Shown: positions 39,070-50,802 of the stretch, piece after piece | How the letters are laid out: the number at the start of each line of letters is the position of its first letter | Numbering within the stretch: position 1 is the first letter of the stretch | NCBI GenBank assembly: GCA_013285735.1 | Contig: JABDGZ010000007.1 | Coordinates: forward strand, 1-53,630 | Origin: Candidatus Omnitrophota bacterium | GTDB lineage: Bacteria; Omnitrophota; Gorgyraeia; Zapsychrales; Fredricksoniimonadaceae | Length of the DNA stretch: 53,630 nt | Reading direction: 5' to 3' | Translations under genes and position numbers: made by a program | The notes under the pieces: generated by a model | What the model saw: only the letters and a program-made list of their open reading frames with translations | Database searches by the model: none | What the model was told of the DNA's origin: nothing

Positions 39070-40022
39070 TAACTAGCCCCGATAAACCAACCTGCCAGGA
39101 AAACAAGTAGCCCTCCCACAATGACTTGAAACGCGGCAGATAAAAAAGCTGTATCCATAAAACGCCAACGGATAAAGGAAATGATCGCTAATTCAATAAT
39201 GACCACCACCATGGCAATGGTCATGGCCAAATGGAAATTAGGAATCAAAAATGGTAAGGTATGCCCCAGTCCGCCTAGCGTCGTCATCAGCCCGCAGACT
39301 ACCCCTCTAATCCAAGGAGTCCCTCGGCCACTAAGTCGCCCGTCGTCAGACAAAGCTTCGGCAAAACCCATACTAATACCCGCACCTACTGAGGCTGCAA
39401 GACCTACTTTAAACGTTTCCACGGTGTTGGCCGTAGCAAATGCGGCTGCGAAAAGCGGGGCCAAGGTTGATACTGACCCATCCATTAAACCTGCTAAACC
39501 CGGCTGGACTATACGCAACACAAAAATCCTTCGCGCGACATTTTGTTCAATGTCTAGTTCCCCGTTAGCAGCCTGTCGCTCGTTAATCTGTTCGGCTACC
39601 TTTTCATGTCGCCCCTCTTCTTGAGCAAGATCGCCTAACAGTTGCCTCACGGCGGCATCCTTACTCTGCCCAGCTGCGGCCTCATAAAACCTACGCGCAC
39701 CCACTTCCATTAAAGCTGCTTGCTCACGCGCTTTTTCAGGACGCAGGCTATGCAAGAGCAATGAAGAACGCGGCACCATAAAACCCTTAATATCCTGCCT
39801 GCGTACAAGAGGGATATGTTCACCAAATTTCTTTTGATACAGCTCAATCAATCGATGACGATGCCCAGACTCTTCATCAGCCATATGTTCAAAAAGTTCC
39901 GCCGTCGCTGGAAAATCTTTACGGAACTCTTGGGCAAAATCACGAAAAATACGTCCATCTTCTTCCTCTGCAGTTATAGCTACTGCTAACAACTGCGATT
40001 CATTAAGATCACAAAAACGCAT
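39069..40022 (-). CDS. mbfA: Rubrerythrin-VIT1/CCC1 fusion iron exporter
   Basis: EEEDGRI, EESGHRH and EEGRHE di-iron motifs, then [18 protein letters not shown] and [14 protein letters not shown]. Likely ATG at 40022 after AGGAGG. Confidence 0.9.
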   Translation of the reverse strand: MRFCDLNESQLLAVAITAEEEDGRIFRDFAQEFRKDFPATAELFEHMADEESGHRHRLIELYQKKFGEHIPLVRRQDIKGFMVPRSSLLLHSLRPEKAREQAALMEVGARRFYEAAAGQSKDAAVRQLLGDLAQEEGRHEKVAEQINERQAANGELDIEQNVARRIFVLRIVQPGLAGLMDGSVSTLAPLFAAAFATANTVETFKVGLAASVGAGISMGFAEALSDDGRLSGRGTPWIRGVVCGLMTTLGGLGHTLPFLIPNFHLAMTIAMVVVIIELAIISFIRWRFMDTAFLSAAFQVIVGGLLVFLAGWFIGAS

Positions 40023-40030
40023 AACCCCTC

Positions 40031-40897
40031 CTATAACCCTTGAGCATGCAGCAAGAGAATTACAACTGATGCGCCCAAACAATAAAAACCAAATAAATAC
40101 CAACGGCCACCTTCCAGCCAATTAGACAGCCATTTCAAGGCCAAGATTCCAGAAACAAAACTTAGTACCATACCGATCAAGCTAGGTAAAAATAACCCTA
40201 TCACGTTTGTTCCATGCGATGCTGACGCGTGCTGGGCTTTTAAAAATCTTACAGCTTCCATCAAAATAACCGGTGGTGTCAAAATAACAGCAAGAGCAAA
40301 ACTAAAATCCTCTACTTTCTTTTTCTCAATCCCCAAAATCAACCCTGTGGATATCGTCGCTCCTGAACGTGAAAATCCCCGGAAGGGCAAACAAATTCCC
40401 TGCACCAATCCGATCACCCATGCTGCCATCAATCCCACCTTTGGTTTTTCATCCAACGAATCTTCCTTCTTAAAACCTGTACAAAGAATCAAGGCACCGA
40501 CCATTGCCAGCGATGCTGCGATTAACAACAAATTGCCAAAAAGCAACTCGATTTCAGCATGCGGAGCGCCTTTTAAAAAGATTTTCTCGATTATTATTTT
40601 TAAGGCAAGTCCTACAAAACCTGTAGCTATTGTTGCAACAATGATTAATTTTACAGATTCCCAAAAGACTTTTTCTGACGAAAAGAAATTTGATTTCCAC
40701 GAACTCCAGAAAAAAACGATAACAGCCAGCATCGTACCTGTATGCAGCATGACTAAAAGAAGCGTCATCTCAGGCGAGGTTGGATCAAGTCCCATTAATT
40801 TCTCGGCAACAATAACATGCGCTGAACTTGAAACCGGTAATAGTTCAGCGGCGCCTTGAATAATGGCAAGAATTAAAATTTTTGGTATGTTGATCAT
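40031..40897 (-). CDS. uppP: Undecaprenyl-diphosphate phosphatase
   Basis: [20 protein letters not shown] and GFSRSGATI. Confidence 0.93.
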   Translation of the reverse strand: MINIPKILILAIIQGAAELLPVSSSAHVIVAEKLMGLDPTSPEMTLLLVMLHTGTMLAVIVFFWSSWKSNFFSSEKVFWESVKLIIVATIATGFVGLALKIIIEKIFLKGAPHAEIELLFGNLLLIAASLAMVGALILCTGFKKEDSLDEKPKVGLMAAWVIGLVQGICLPFRGFSRSGATISTGLILGIEKKKVEDFSFALAVILTPPVILMEAVRFLKAQHASASHGTNVIGLFLPSLIGMVLSFVSGILALKWLSNWLEGGRWYLFGFYCLGASVVILLLHAQGL

Positions 40898-40956
40898 TAG
40901 ATTAAACTCTTAACGCGTAATAATAACCGTCTTTTCCCGCAATTTCAACGGAAGAT

Positions 40957-42819
40957 TTACTTCTTCATTTTAGAAATAAAGAATACAGTGGTTAGAAGAA
41001 AAACGATTTCAGCAACGGCATAGATGATCAAGGATGTCGCAATACCAGAAGTAAAACCATAAGAATGAAGGCCCACACTTAAAAGATTTACCCCAAACCA
41101 GGCCCACATCACAACCATCATGCCGATCACAGCACCAACAGCAAGGCCTCGCGGACCGATCATATTCGCGACCTTAGCATGAAAGAGTAAGGCTGTCCAA
41201 AGGACGATCATCAAGGCCCCGTTTTCTTTAGGGTCCCATCCCCAAAATCTACCCCAGCTTTGATCAGCCCAAATACCGCCGAGATTGGTACCCAAAAATG
41301 TCAAGCACAGGGCCACGCCTAGAATGCCAAGAATGGTTTTGTAGGTTTTATCTAAAATTTGACTGTCCTTTTTAAAGACAGCTTGAAGGAGCCACATATG
41401 CCCTAAGAGACCGCCCACACAGGTAGCGGCATAGCCCATGGTGATGGTCGTCACATGTGTCGCTAACCAGAAATTGGAATTAAGTACAGCAACGAGTACT
41501 TTAAGAGTATCTCCTTCAGCACTGTATTTATTGGCAATAAATAATAATGCTGTTCCACTAATAGCTGCCGTGACAATTCCCAACCATTGGCGGTTAAAAT
41601 GCTCAATGGCAAGCCCTAAAAAGACGGCAATAAGTCCGACAAAAATAAAGGTTTCATAAAGACTAGACACCGGCGGGCGACTCATAATGATAATACGCAT
41701 GAGCAGGCCCAACAAATGCGGGATGAAACCCGCGACGACACTTAATAATCCTAAATTGTACCAAAGGGGTTTCGAAGAAGTAAACGAGACCACAAAGAAA
41801 ATAAACGCAAAAATATAAAACATGATAGACCACGTGAATGGGCTGCTTTCCTGATAGAACAATTCTAAAGGGAATTTATCTACCCTTTTAAGATCATCTT
41901 TAGACAAAGCTTCGCGTACCCAATGATTGTAGGTGTAAGCTGTCCTGTTAAAAGCTTCATCATCGCCTTGCGTATAGCTGATGGCCATATTATTCCAAAG
42001 CATGACCAAGCGGCGGCTTTGCTCATCACCAAAATCTGTGCCAAGCGCATCCCAGGGACTTAGCCATTCTTCATCTTGACCCGACGGAATGACCGTAAAA
42101 GGCAAGTCTTTATAATCCTGCGCCCAATGAAAAAAATGAGTTATTACCTGGGCAAGCTCAATTTCATCCGTTGTATATTTCGAGGGCGATTTATTACCCA
42201 GACTTTTAGCTGCTTTACTTAATTCATTGGCCTTAAGTGCAATATCGATAAAACTGAATTGGTTTTGACTAAGCGGCAATCCCAATTGTGTTTTAGTCGC
42301 TCGAGAAATAATTGTAAAATCGCTTTGTGGATAGGCAAATGTAAAGGAATGCGCAAGGTCCGCGTAAAGGCTTATATTATCAAAAACACGCATAATCTCA
42401 TTTTCAGCGAGGCTGCGCTCTTTATCAGGAATTTTTGATGCTGCTTCCTGTAATTTTATCAGGGACGAATAACTCTGTTGCAGTTGGCTGGGCGTATAGC
42501 GTCGGTCTTGCTGCGGCGTAATCCCTAAAGCTACCGCGACATCAGGATTATTAATTAAGAAGATTTTATCGTTGCTGACCGATGCCGGATTAAAAAAAAG
42601 TGAGGCAAGCCATACGCTAGCCTCTTGTTTTTCGTAATGATCTTGGCCTGAAAATTGAGTCAGTAAACTTCGAGCAAAAGTATCTAGGGGTTTAAGACGT
42701 CCGTTATCAAGCACCGGAATTTTCTTAAAATTACTAAAATCGCTGATGCCCGGCTGGGCAAAAGATGTGCCTCCCAAAAATAAACTTAACACTAGAGTAA
42801 AAAATATATTTGTTCTCAT
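40957..42819 (-). CDS. ccsA: System II cytochrome c biogenesis protein CcsA (extended N-terminus)
   Basis: GRLKPLDTFAR, WLATHV, GGIWADQSWGRFWGWDPKE (WWD domain) and GLHSYG. Confidence 0.92.
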   Translation of the reverse strand: MRTNIFFTLVLSLFLGGTSFAQPGISDFSNFKKIPVLDNGRLKPLDTFARSLLTQFSGQDHYEKQEASVWLASLFFNPASVSNDKIFLINNPDVAVALGITPQQDRRYTPSQLQQSYSSLIKLQEAASKIPDKERSLAENEIMRVFDNISLYADLAHSFTFAYPQSDFTIISRATKTQLGLPLSQNQFSFIDIALKANELSKAAKSLGNKSPSKYTTDEIELAQVITHFFHWAQDYKDLPFTVIPSGQDEEWLSPWDALGTDFGDEQSRRLVMLWNNMAISYTQGDDEAFNRTAYTYNHWVREALSKDDLKRVDKFPLELFYQESSPFTWSIMFYIFAFIFFVVSFTSSKPLWYNLGLLSVVAGFIPHLLGLLMRIIIMSRPPVSSLYETFIFVGLIAVFLGLAIEHFNRQWLGIVTAAISGTALLFIANKYSAEGDTLKVLVAVLNSNFWLATHVTTITMGYAATCVGGLLGHMWLLQAVFKKDSQILDKTYKTILGILGVALCLTFLGTNLGGIWADQSWGRFWGWDPKENGALMIVLWTALLFHAKVANMIGPRGLAVGAVIGMMVVMWAWFGVNLLSVGLHSYGFTSGIATSLIIYAVAEIVFLLTTVFFISKMKK

Positions 42820-43865
42820 GCACGAACCTTATGAATTAACGCTTGAATAAGAAAATGCAAAGCTAACCCAAAGAAAACAACAAAGCATGCGATATACGGT
42901 AAAATCCTGACGAAGTTCTTAACCACGGCCAGGGTTGAATGCTGCCTTCCCATACTATCCGTATCATAAGAAGCTTGATAGACGGTGTAATCTTTATAAC
43001 GTAGGGGATTGTTCATATAAATACGCACCTGACGCTCTAGTGAACCTGTGGTGATCGTGACCATGCTTTGATAACTTTTGGCTACTTCAGTTCCAGGATG
43101 GAATGTTGCTTTAAAATTGTCTAGCCTGATTATAAAAGGCAATTGATAACGCTTATGACGCAAAATAAAATAATAATGCTGACCAGCGATATTGACCAAG
43201 GTGGCTTGACCTTTAGCACCGTACAAAATCAAAGGATAGGACTTGCCATTAACCTTTAAATCAAAAAACCCGCCCTGGGCATTTTGTTCTTTTTCCTTAT
43301 CAACGGGCTTCTCAGTTAATCCACTCGCCCAATCGCTGTTTAAATAAAACCTGTTAACAGTGAGAATAAAATTCTTATCTTCAAAAGGAATTTGAAAACC
43401 TGGTTTAAAACTTTTAGTATCAAAAGCTGTCACGTGGCGCACGTTGCCATCATCTTTCCAGTAGGCTAATTCCCAATCCTGGTAAGAAGCAGAGACATTC
43501 GTCCCTTGGCCTTCTGCTAAATGCACGTTTGATTCCTGGGCAACATGAAAAATCATGAAGGCTGCAAAGAAATATAAAACAAGGCCCAAATGAATAATAA
43601 GAAGCCCCACATTTTCCCATTGGGTTAATTTCTTGATGCTAAGGAACATCATGCAGATCAAATTAACAAAAAACACCCAGAGGACCAATTGCGCGCCGGG
43701 AAAAGGAATGCATCCCGCGGCCAAAAAGAAAAAGGAATTAAAATAACGCTCCTGGGCCACATATAGACCCTGCTGAACCTGGGCGATCGTGCCCCAAAAA
43801 GTCAGGATAAAAAGTAGAAATAAACAGACAACAGTAATGCGTGAAGAACTCAAGAATTTAATCAT
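42816..43865 (-). CDS. ResB/CcsB-like cytochrome c biogenesis protein
   Basis: GLLIIHLG, LPFIIRLDNF...HPGT...KSYQS and IYMNNPLRYKDYTVYQASY. Confidence 0.85.
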   Translation of the reverse strand: MIKFLSSSRITVVCLFLLFILTFWGTIAQVQQGLYVAQERYFNSFFFLAAGCIPFPGAQLVLWVFFVNLICMMFLSIKKLTQWENVGLLIIHLGLVLYFFAAFMIFHVAQESNVHLAEGQGTNVSASYQDWELAYWKDDGNVRHVTAFDTKSFKPGFQIPFEDKNFILTVNRFYLNSDWASGLTEKPVDKEKEQNAQGGFFDLKVNGKSYPLILYGAKGQATLVNIAGQHYYFILRHKRYQLPFIIRLDNFKATFHPGTEVAKSYQSMVTITTGSLERQVRIYMNNPLRYKDYTVYQASYDTDSMGRQHSTLAVVKNFVRILPYIACFVVFFGLALHFLIQALIHKVRA

Positions 43866-43871
43866 ATCAAT

Positions 43872-44435
43872 TTAGTTACGGACAAAAGAACCTAACAATT
43901 TTAAAAAATTAACTTTATTTTTCTCTACCGATTCAACAGAACCCGTCATCTTTACAAAAACAGTCGTTTGATCCAAAACAATCATGGCGGCTATCATGCT
44001 TTTATCTGAAGGCAACCCTTGAGTTTGCAGGGTCGTAAAATCAAAAACTTTGATCTCAAGGCCATCCTTGGTTTTTAGAATTTGGACTGATGAAGTTAAC
44101 TGGTTCAAACTATCATCAGATGCCTGAAGCCCTAATTGTCTAAGCCAACGCTCTAAATTAGCATTGAGCCCTCCCACAGGACCTGCTAAAGAAACAATGG
44201 AACAATCAATAGCATCAGGATCGGCGATAAGATAAAAAGTTGCCAGACGCATCCCTTCCCCAGGCTCTTCTTTCCATCCTTGAGGCACTGCCCAGGACAA
44301 AATGCCCGTTGCTGCAGGAATATTGGGAGAATTAACTTGCGGGGCTTCAAGAACGATCTCTGTATAATGCCGCTCTTGAGACTTTTGCTCGCAGCTGCTA
44401 AAAAACAAAACAAAAATGCAGAGTACCCAAACCAT
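43872..44435 (-). CDS. Putative lipoprotein associated with ResB/CcsA
   Basis: FSS|C lipobox, W.VPQGW, MRLATF, ANLERWLRQ and FVKMTG. Confidence 0.7.
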   Translation of the reverse strand: MVWVLCIFVLFFSSCEQKSQERHYTEIVLEAPQVNSPNIPAATGILSWAVPQGWKEEPGEGMRLATFYLIADPDAIDCSIVSLAGPVGGLNANLERWLRQLGLQASDDSLNQLTSSVQILKTKDGLEIKVFDFTTLQTQGLPSDKSMIAAMIVLDQTTVFVKMTGSVESVEKNKVNFLKLLGSFVRN

Positions 44436-45040
44436 TAATGCCCTTCCATAGTTAAGTACACCTTAATGCCCCAATTCACTGTAAAGTAATCCCCTACTAC
44501 AATACCGCCTCGGTCAAGCAATCTGTTCCAAACAATATTGAAACGCTTACGGTTGATGCTCCAATTACCTTGAATATCGAGCAATCTCTGTTTGGTTCCT
44601 TGATCAATAACAATCCCGACTTTAAAAGGAAAAGTCATTCTTCTTTTTATGCCGTGCATTTCCAAAATACCCTTGACCCTGTACCCATTCTTATCCTGTA
44701 CAATTTCATCACTTCTAAAAATAATCTTCGGAAACCGTACGGTGTTTAACAATCGTCTTGATCGTGCCAGCCTATCGTACAAAGGATGGTTCGACTTAAT
44801 ACTCTTGGCATCTATTTCCAGATACACCGATTGGATCTGCCGTGTGTCCTCATCCAAAATAATCCTTCCCTTAAAGGAAGTAAACTCTGCTTTATACCTG
44901 CCAATGACAGAATACGGGATAGAACCAATGATCTTGGTTTCCTGGGGGCCAAATGTAATGATTTCCTGGGTACTAGCTTGGCTGCCCCCCATTCCCCATG
45001 ATACGATCAGAATAGATAAAAATATAAATCTCATCATCAA
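44435..45040 (-). CDS. YceI family lipid/polyisoprenoid-binding protein
   Basis: Signal peptide, IDAKSI, FPKIIFRS, VKGILEMHG and INRKRF. Confidence 0.85.
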   Translation of the reverse strand: MMMRFIFLSILIVSWGMGGSQASTQEIITFGPQETKIIGSIPYSVIGRYKAEFTSFKGRIILDEDTRQIQSVYLEIDAKSIKSNHPLYDRLARSRRLLNTVRFPKIIFRSDEIVQDKNGYRVKGILEMHGIKRRMTFPFKVGIVIDQGTKQRLLDIQGNWSINRKRFNIVWNRLLDRGGIVVGDYFTVNWGIKVYLTMEGH

Positions 45041-45100
45041 ATTGCTCTTTCATTCTCGAATTTTACATTCCCTTCTGATATAATAACTCAAAAATTATAC

Positions 45101-46432
45101 TTGTGGAGATTTCTAATGTACTTTATCAATGAACTACTGATCATTTTTGTCATGATCATTCTCAATGCTGTTTTTTCCGCCTATGAAATGGCCCTGGCCT
45201 CTATCTCACGGACTAAACTCACCTATTTAGTACACCACAAAATCGGCGGCGCTGCCGAAGCTTTGTTCATGAAGGACCGCATGGAAGCCAGTTTGGCCGT
45301 CGTGCAATTGGGAGTGACCCTCGTCGGATCAATAGCCGCTGCCATTGGCGGTGCCGGTATCACCGAAGCCCTCAATCCGTATTTTCAGACGCATTTGGGT
45401 TTATCTAAAAATATGGCCGAAGTCCTAAGCCTGATCACCCTGATCATCCCTTTAAGTTCTTTTACCATCGTATTCGCTGAACTGATCCCTAAAATTTTCG
45501 CCATTAAAAATAGTGTCTGGGTCATCTTAAAACTATCAAAAATGATGCTCTATTTTTCCTATATCGCCAATCCCGTCGTTTCCTTGATGGAATTTATCGT
45601 TAAATCTGCGATCAAATTCATTGATAAGAAAAAAAAGATCAGCAGTGCAACCGATGATACTCAAAGCAGCATGTATGAGCTTACCGCTGCCCTGTCACTG
45701 GCCAGGACATCCCGATTAATTGACGCCCAGCAAGAAAAAATAGTTTTGTCCGCGGCCCAACTTTCTTTAAGGCCGATCAAAGAAATCATGATCCCTACCG
45801 CTGAGATATGCATGATCCCGCTCAACAGCACCTTGTCTGATGCCTTGATCCAAGCCCATCTGGATATGCATACGCGCTTTCCTGTTTGTCAGAATATAAA
45901 CGATCCTCAAACAATCCAAGGCTATATTAATTTTAAAGACATCATTGCAGCCCTTAAAATCAATCCGGATGATCCGACCATTAAAGGCACTCTGCGCCCC
46001 ATCATGAGATTTGTTGATACAACACCAATTTCAAAAGTATTGGAACGGATGATCCAGGAAAAACTGCACATTGGGTTGGTTGAAAATGCCCAAAAACAAA
46101 TTGTAGGCATGATCACTCAGGAAGATATCATTGAAGAATTAGTCGGAGAAATTGAGGATGAATTTGACCGCCTTCCCAATCATATCCATCCCTACGGCCA
46201 ACAATGGTTTGTTGGAGGAGCAGTTCCCATGTCTGCGCTCGCTAAAACACTTGGAATAGATGGGCCCCTTCCAGCTAATGAAGCTGATCTTAAATTAGCT
46301 GACTGGTGCCAACGGCACTCTGAAAAACCTTTCAGCGGCGGTGAAATTATAAACGGGAACGGCTTTCAAATTACCGTAAGAAAATTAAGAAGAAAAAAAA
46401 TCAGCGAAGCATTCGTTGCAAAAAACCCTTAA
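45101..46432 (+). CDS. CNNM/hemolysin family protein (DUF21-CBS-CorC)
   Basis: NAVFSAYEMAL, VQLGVT, FAELIPK, HTRFPV and EDIIEELVGEIEDEFD. Confidence 0.92.
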   Translation: MWRFLMYFINELLIIFVMIILNAVFSAYEMALASISRTKLTYLVHHKIGGAAEALFMKDRMEASLAVVQLGVTLVGSIAAAIGGAGITEALNPYFQTHLGLSKNMAEVLSLITLIIPLSSFTIVFAELIPKIFAIKNSVWVILKLSKMMLYFSYIANPVVSLMEFIVKSAIKFIDKKKKISSATDDTQSSMYELTAALSLARTSRLIDAQQEKIVLSAAQLSLRPIKEIMIPTAEICMIPLNSTLSDALIQAHLDMHTRFPVCQNINDPQTIQGYINFKDIIAALKINPDDPTIKGTLRPIMRFVDTTPISKVLERMIQEKLHIGLVENAQKQIVGMITQEDIIEELVGEIEDEFDRLPNHIHPYGQQWFVGGAVPMSALAKTLGIDGPLPANEADLKLADWCQRHSEKPFSGGEIINGNGFQITVRKLRRKKISEAFVAKNP

Positions 46433-48032
46433 TGATCTGTTCCCGATGCTGCTTTTAACGCTTTTAGAAGAGGCTGAATACGTTCTAAATCAATAGGCGT
46501 CCCCATTTCTTGTATTTTACGTACATCTGCCCAAGCTTTATCATATTTTCTCAAATCATAATAAGTTGTAGCCCGCCCCCAATAAGCTCGTGTGTATTCA
46601 GGATCATTGTTGATAGCTTTGTTATAATCATCGATAGCATGATTAAAGTCGCCTTGCCTCAAATAACTGGCCGCGCGATTACAATAGGCAAACCCGAAAT
46701 TAGGATTTAATTCAATAGCTTTATTAAAATCAACCATGGCCTGAGCGAAATCCCCTTGCATGATATAGGCATTACCGAGATTATTATACGGTCTTGCTTT
46801 CTGGGAGGATTTTTGAACTACGTCCTTCCATAATGAAACTTCATCCCGCCAAACCTTATTCCTTTGATACGTCAACACTAAAAAAAAATTATCACCACAC
46901 CCAAGATCACTCCCATGATTTTAAGTGAATTCTTTCCCCATAAATAATACACGCCAGTGACGAGAAATATACTAAACCCAACTAATGGTAAATAAAGCCG
47001 ATGTTCAAAGATGATGTCATTTTGTGGGATAAAACTTGATTCAGGTAAAAGGGTCAAAAAAAACCAAAAAATAGAGAAAGCGACAATTCTATATTTTGAA
47101 AACAGGCATTTCGCCCAAGCAAGAATGGTTATTAAAAATAAAGAACTAAAAAACACGGGCCATTCAAAAATACTCTTAAAAACAGGATAATCATAATCCA
47201 GGTTCTGATTGAGCGGCAGAAAAGATAATCTTATATAGGTGACGATCACCCTAAATTGAGTCAAAAAATAATGTATCGGAGAAATGCCTGCTGGAGCTTC
47301 TGCAATACGCTGAATTTCCTGAATCCTTCCTGACTGACTCAATAACGTTGTTACGGGAATAATCAGGATGGTCAACAAGAAAGGTGTAAGCTGCTTCCAA
47401 AGTAGATTTTCCTTAACCTCAAAAAAACTAAACTCATAAACCAGGATCATCAACGGCAGTGTTACGGCATTCTCCTTGGTAAACATGGCCAAGATGGCCA
47501 TCATCAAAGAGGAAATATAATAAGACCTCCGCAACACCCGGTGTTGCGGAGGTTGTAGCCGCGATTTTACATACAAACATAATGATGCCAAGTAAAACAA
47601 GGCCATCATCGACGCAGCCCTCTGCCAAATATAGGTTACCGCGCCAGTTTGGACTGGGTGACTAACAAATACCAGCCCCACCAGCAAAGCTATGACATTG
47701 GCATGCTGGGTGATTTTATTACCTTTCATGGCAGGCGTTGAAAGGGTCAGTAGTGTCAGCCACCAGACAAAACAAGACGAAATCAAATGGACCACCAAAT
47801 TAAAAAAATGGTAACCAACCACATTGAGCCCGCCACAATGATAATTAAAAGCGAAAGAAAGAAAGATAAAAAAACGGCCAGGATAAAATTGCCAGATGCC
47901 TTGCAGATGATGAATATTTCTTATGGCAGGATTATCGACGATAAAACGAATATCATCGTAATGAAAAGCACAATGAAAAGTATTGGAGTAGACAAGAATC
48001 CCTAAACAAAAGATAAGAAGTATCGAAATCAT
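46429..48032 (-). pseudogene. TMTC/GT-C-like TPR protein frameshifted in a homopolymer
   Basis: The TM part (46878-48032; YDD, HPVQT, KEN, EHRLYLP) and TPR part (46429-46878) fuse as IIFFLVLTYQRNKVW if the A9 at 46880-46888 were A10. Confidence 0.82.
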
Positions 48033-48052
48033 GGCTATGCATTACTACAAAA

Positions 48053-49711
48053 TCATTGACGCTTTAGGTAGGCGCCCATCACATCACTGATATCCTCATA
48101 AAATGAGTCTTTTCCCATCAACGTGGTAAGTTCATACCTGTCGAACTCTAACCTGACAAGATCAGTAACATTCACCCAGATAAGACGAACTCCCCTATCC
48201 TTCAAAATAGCATAGATCTCTCGCAAAGTTTCCGCCGCTGAAAAATCTACATCCGCGATGGCTGAGGCATCAATACAAAACCAGGAAAGGGAAAGATTTG
48301 CTTCTTGGGTAAGCCCAATAATCTGGTCGAAAAGCTGTTGTGCATTCGCGTAATAAATGGTGTGTGCAAACCGATACAACAAAAGCCCTGGCTCGACCTG
48401 TTGGGGTGACGTTACCGGTAAAAGCTGCCAGGTATTTGTATTTTTATTCATCGTCAATACAACATTCTGCGAGCGGTAAGAGCGCCTTACATGTTCAATC
48501 AGGGAAAGCACCATGGCAATGACTATCCCCTGTTCAACACCAACCAGGACAACCACCACCGTGGTGATCAGCGCCACCCAAAATTCAGGTGGACGTTGAC
48601 GCCAAACCTTGTGCATCCCGCGAATATCAATCAGTTGAAGGCCAATGAAAAAAACCACGGCAGAAAGAACAGCGCTGGGCATATTTGTTAGCAGGCCTGT
48701 AAAAAAAAGCAGTACCAAAAAGACAATCAGGCAGGTGATTACCTGAGATAATTGACTGCGTCCGCCGGCACTATCAACCATCTCGGTCTTGGTAGGACTT
48801 CCGTTGACGACAAACGTTCCGGATAATGCAGCACCTATATTAGCCAACCCCAGACCGACTAGATCAACATTCTCGTTAAAATCCTCGTCGTATCGCGCAG
48901 CATATGCCCTTGAGGTCGCGGCACTTTGGGCTAAAATAACGACGAACATGGCAAAAGCCGTGGGGAGCATTTTTAAAACCAAAGCAAAAGACCATTGAAG
49001 ATCCGGCAAGCCGATCAGTGGCAATCCCTTGGGAACTGCACCCAGCAGATGAACATTGTAGGCTTTGAGATTAAACACCGAACTAAGAACAATAGCGCCA
49101 ATTACAACAATAAGGGCGCCAGGAATTTTCTTAGAAATTCTTTTTGATCCCGCAATAACTCCGATGACAATGCATGATATCATCAGGTCGTAAAAATTTA
49201 CCTGTCCCATCTGTTGCCAATCATGCAGGCCCAGCATGCCAGGGATTTGGCCTAGAGCAATATGAATCCCAACCCCGGTCAAAAATCCAATCAGCACGGT
49301 CCTTGACAAGAAATCCGCCATAAAACCCAATCCAATAACGCGCGCAAGGATCAAAAGACAAGCGGACATTAAGGCCAATGCTCCGGCGAGTGCTACATAC
49401 TCGTGAGATCCTGTGGCCGCAATCCCAACTAAGGCTGATGCAAGAATGGCTGCCGTTGCCGAGTCAGCGGCGACAACCAAATGACGGGACGAACCAAAGA
49501 TGGCATACAAAAGCATGGGGACAAGTAAGGTATATAACCCCGTGATCACCGGGGTACCGGCAATTTTTGTGTAGCCCATCACTTCAGGAATGGCAAGAGC
49601 TGCCAGGGTGATTCCCGCCATCACATCAGTCAATATTTCCGAATCTTTGATTGGAAATATCCCTTGAAATAGGGGAAGCCCTGGGTGGGTTTTCTTATCA
49701 ATTGTAACCAT
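48053..49711 (-). CDS. SulP family anion transporter with STAS domain
   Basis: DVMAGITLAALAIPEVMGY, YAIFGSSR, C-terminal IDASAIADVDFSA. Confidence 0.93.
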   Translation of the reverse strand: MVTIDKKTHPGLPLFQGIFPIKDSEILTDVMAGITLAALAIPEVMGYTKIAGTPVITGLYTLLVPMLLYAIFGSSRHLVVAADSATAAILASALVGIAATGSHEYVALAGALALMSACLLILARVIGLGFMADFLSRTVLIGFLTGVGIHIALGQIPGMLGLHDWQQMGQVNFYDLMISCIVIGVIAGSKRISKKIPGALIVVIGAIVLSSVFNLKAYNVHLLGAVPKGLPLIGLPDLQWSFALVLKMLPTAFAMFVVILAQSAATSRAYAARYDEDFNENVDLVGLGLANIGAALSGTFVVNGSPTKTEMVDSAGGRSQLSQVITCLIVFLVLLFFTGLLTNMPSAVLSAVVFFIGLQLIDIRGMHKVWRQRPPEFWVALITTVVVVLVGVEQGIVIAMVLSLIEHVRRSYRSQNVVLTMNKNTNTWQLLPVTSPQQVEPGLLLYRFAHTIYYANAQQLFDQIIGLTQEANLSLSWFCIDASAIADVDFSAAETLREIYAILKDRGVRLIWVNVTDLVRLEFDRYELTTLMGKDSFYEDISDVMGAYLKRQ

Positions 49712-49795
49712 TGAAACTCATGGTAATTGATAGGCTGGAAAAAGGCAAGTAAAAGCAGGTTAACAAACACCAAGAGTTTACAAAACCAACAGGGC

Positions 49796-50383
49796 TCAGC
49801 TTTGTAATTTAAATCTCACCGGCACTATTACATTGGATTCAACGGATAAATCACCAATCCGTCCTGGTTGAAACTTCCAATGACTGACTGCTTTTAGTGC
49901 GGCCTGATCAAGCATCCTATAATTAGAGCTCTGCTCAATTTCAACTTTAATGGGTATTCCATCACGGCTAACATCTACCGCTAATATGACAAGCCCTTCC
50001 TGGTGCATTTGCTTTGCCAGTTCAGGATATACAGGCGGTGGATTTTGGATATAATCCGGTTTAGCCTCTACTTTTACCTGTCCGTTAGATCTTATTACCT
50101 GCTTTAGTTTTTCTATAGGCTTAACTACCTGTTTTACTATTTTAGGAATTATCTTCTCAACCTGTTTAATAACAGGCCTTGCTTGTTGCTGAACTTGGGA
50201 TTCCTCTTTAGGTGTATCAATCAAGTTAATATCAATCTCTCTAGTTGGTGCAATGGCAAATTGAGGTGGCTTGATGAACATTTTTCCAGTAAGAAAAAAG
50301 AACAAGACGTGGATCAATAATGCCACCGTCCAGGCTATAACGATATCCTGCTTATTGTCATTTCTAGATAAAAAAACATTCAT
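49796..50383 (-). CDS. tonB: Energy transducer TonB
   Basis: TM anchor with His, NPPPVYPELA, and LDQAALKAVSHWKFQP..VPVRF. Confidence 0.9.
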   Translation of the reverse strand: MNVFLSRNDNKQDIVIAWTVALLIHVLFFFLTGKMFIKPPQFAIAPTREIDINLIDTPKEESQVQQQARPVIKQVEKIIPKIVKQVVKPIEKLKQVIRSNGQVKVEAKPDYIQNPPPVYPELAKQMHQEGLVILAVDVSRDGIPIKVEIEQSSNYRMLDQAALKAVSHWKFQPGRIGDLSVESNVIVPVRFKLQS

Positions 50384-50802
50384 TGGTTGATAGCATCCGC
50401 CCCTTTAGTTTGAATGACCACCCTTGTAATTCCGGCTAGCCTTACTTTATCAAGAACTGTAATAGCTCCCTGGAAATAAGCCTGTTTATCACCATCAATA
50501 AAAACTTTTAAATTAGGGTTCTGGTCTTTTAATTCTTTAAGACGTTCTGACAAAGAATCCAAACTCATCTTTTCCTGATTAAGATAAACGTCATTGTCCT
50601 TAGTAACGGTGATTGTCACTGCAACTTTGCGATCCTGAGAAACAGCGGTTGACGCCGACGGTAAATTAACATTCAACCCCTGATTTTTAATCATGGACAA
50701 TGAGATCATCAGAAAGGTTGCTAATAAAAAGAATATAACATCGATCAGGGGAATGATCTCTATTCTGGCCTTCCGTCGGCTTGTCGGTGAGGGTATCATC
50801 AT
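50380..50802 (-). CDS. exbD: Biopolymer transport protein ExbD
   Basis: IIPLIDVIFFLLATF, VNLPSA and IDGDK. Confidence 0.92.
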   Translation of the reverse strand: MMIPSPTSRRKARIEIIPLIDVIFFLLATFLMISLSMIKNQGLNVNLPSASTAVSQDRKVAVTITVTKDNDVYLNQEKMSLDSLSERLKELKDQNPNLKVFIDGDKQAYFQGAITVLDKVRLAGITRVVIQTKGADAINQ

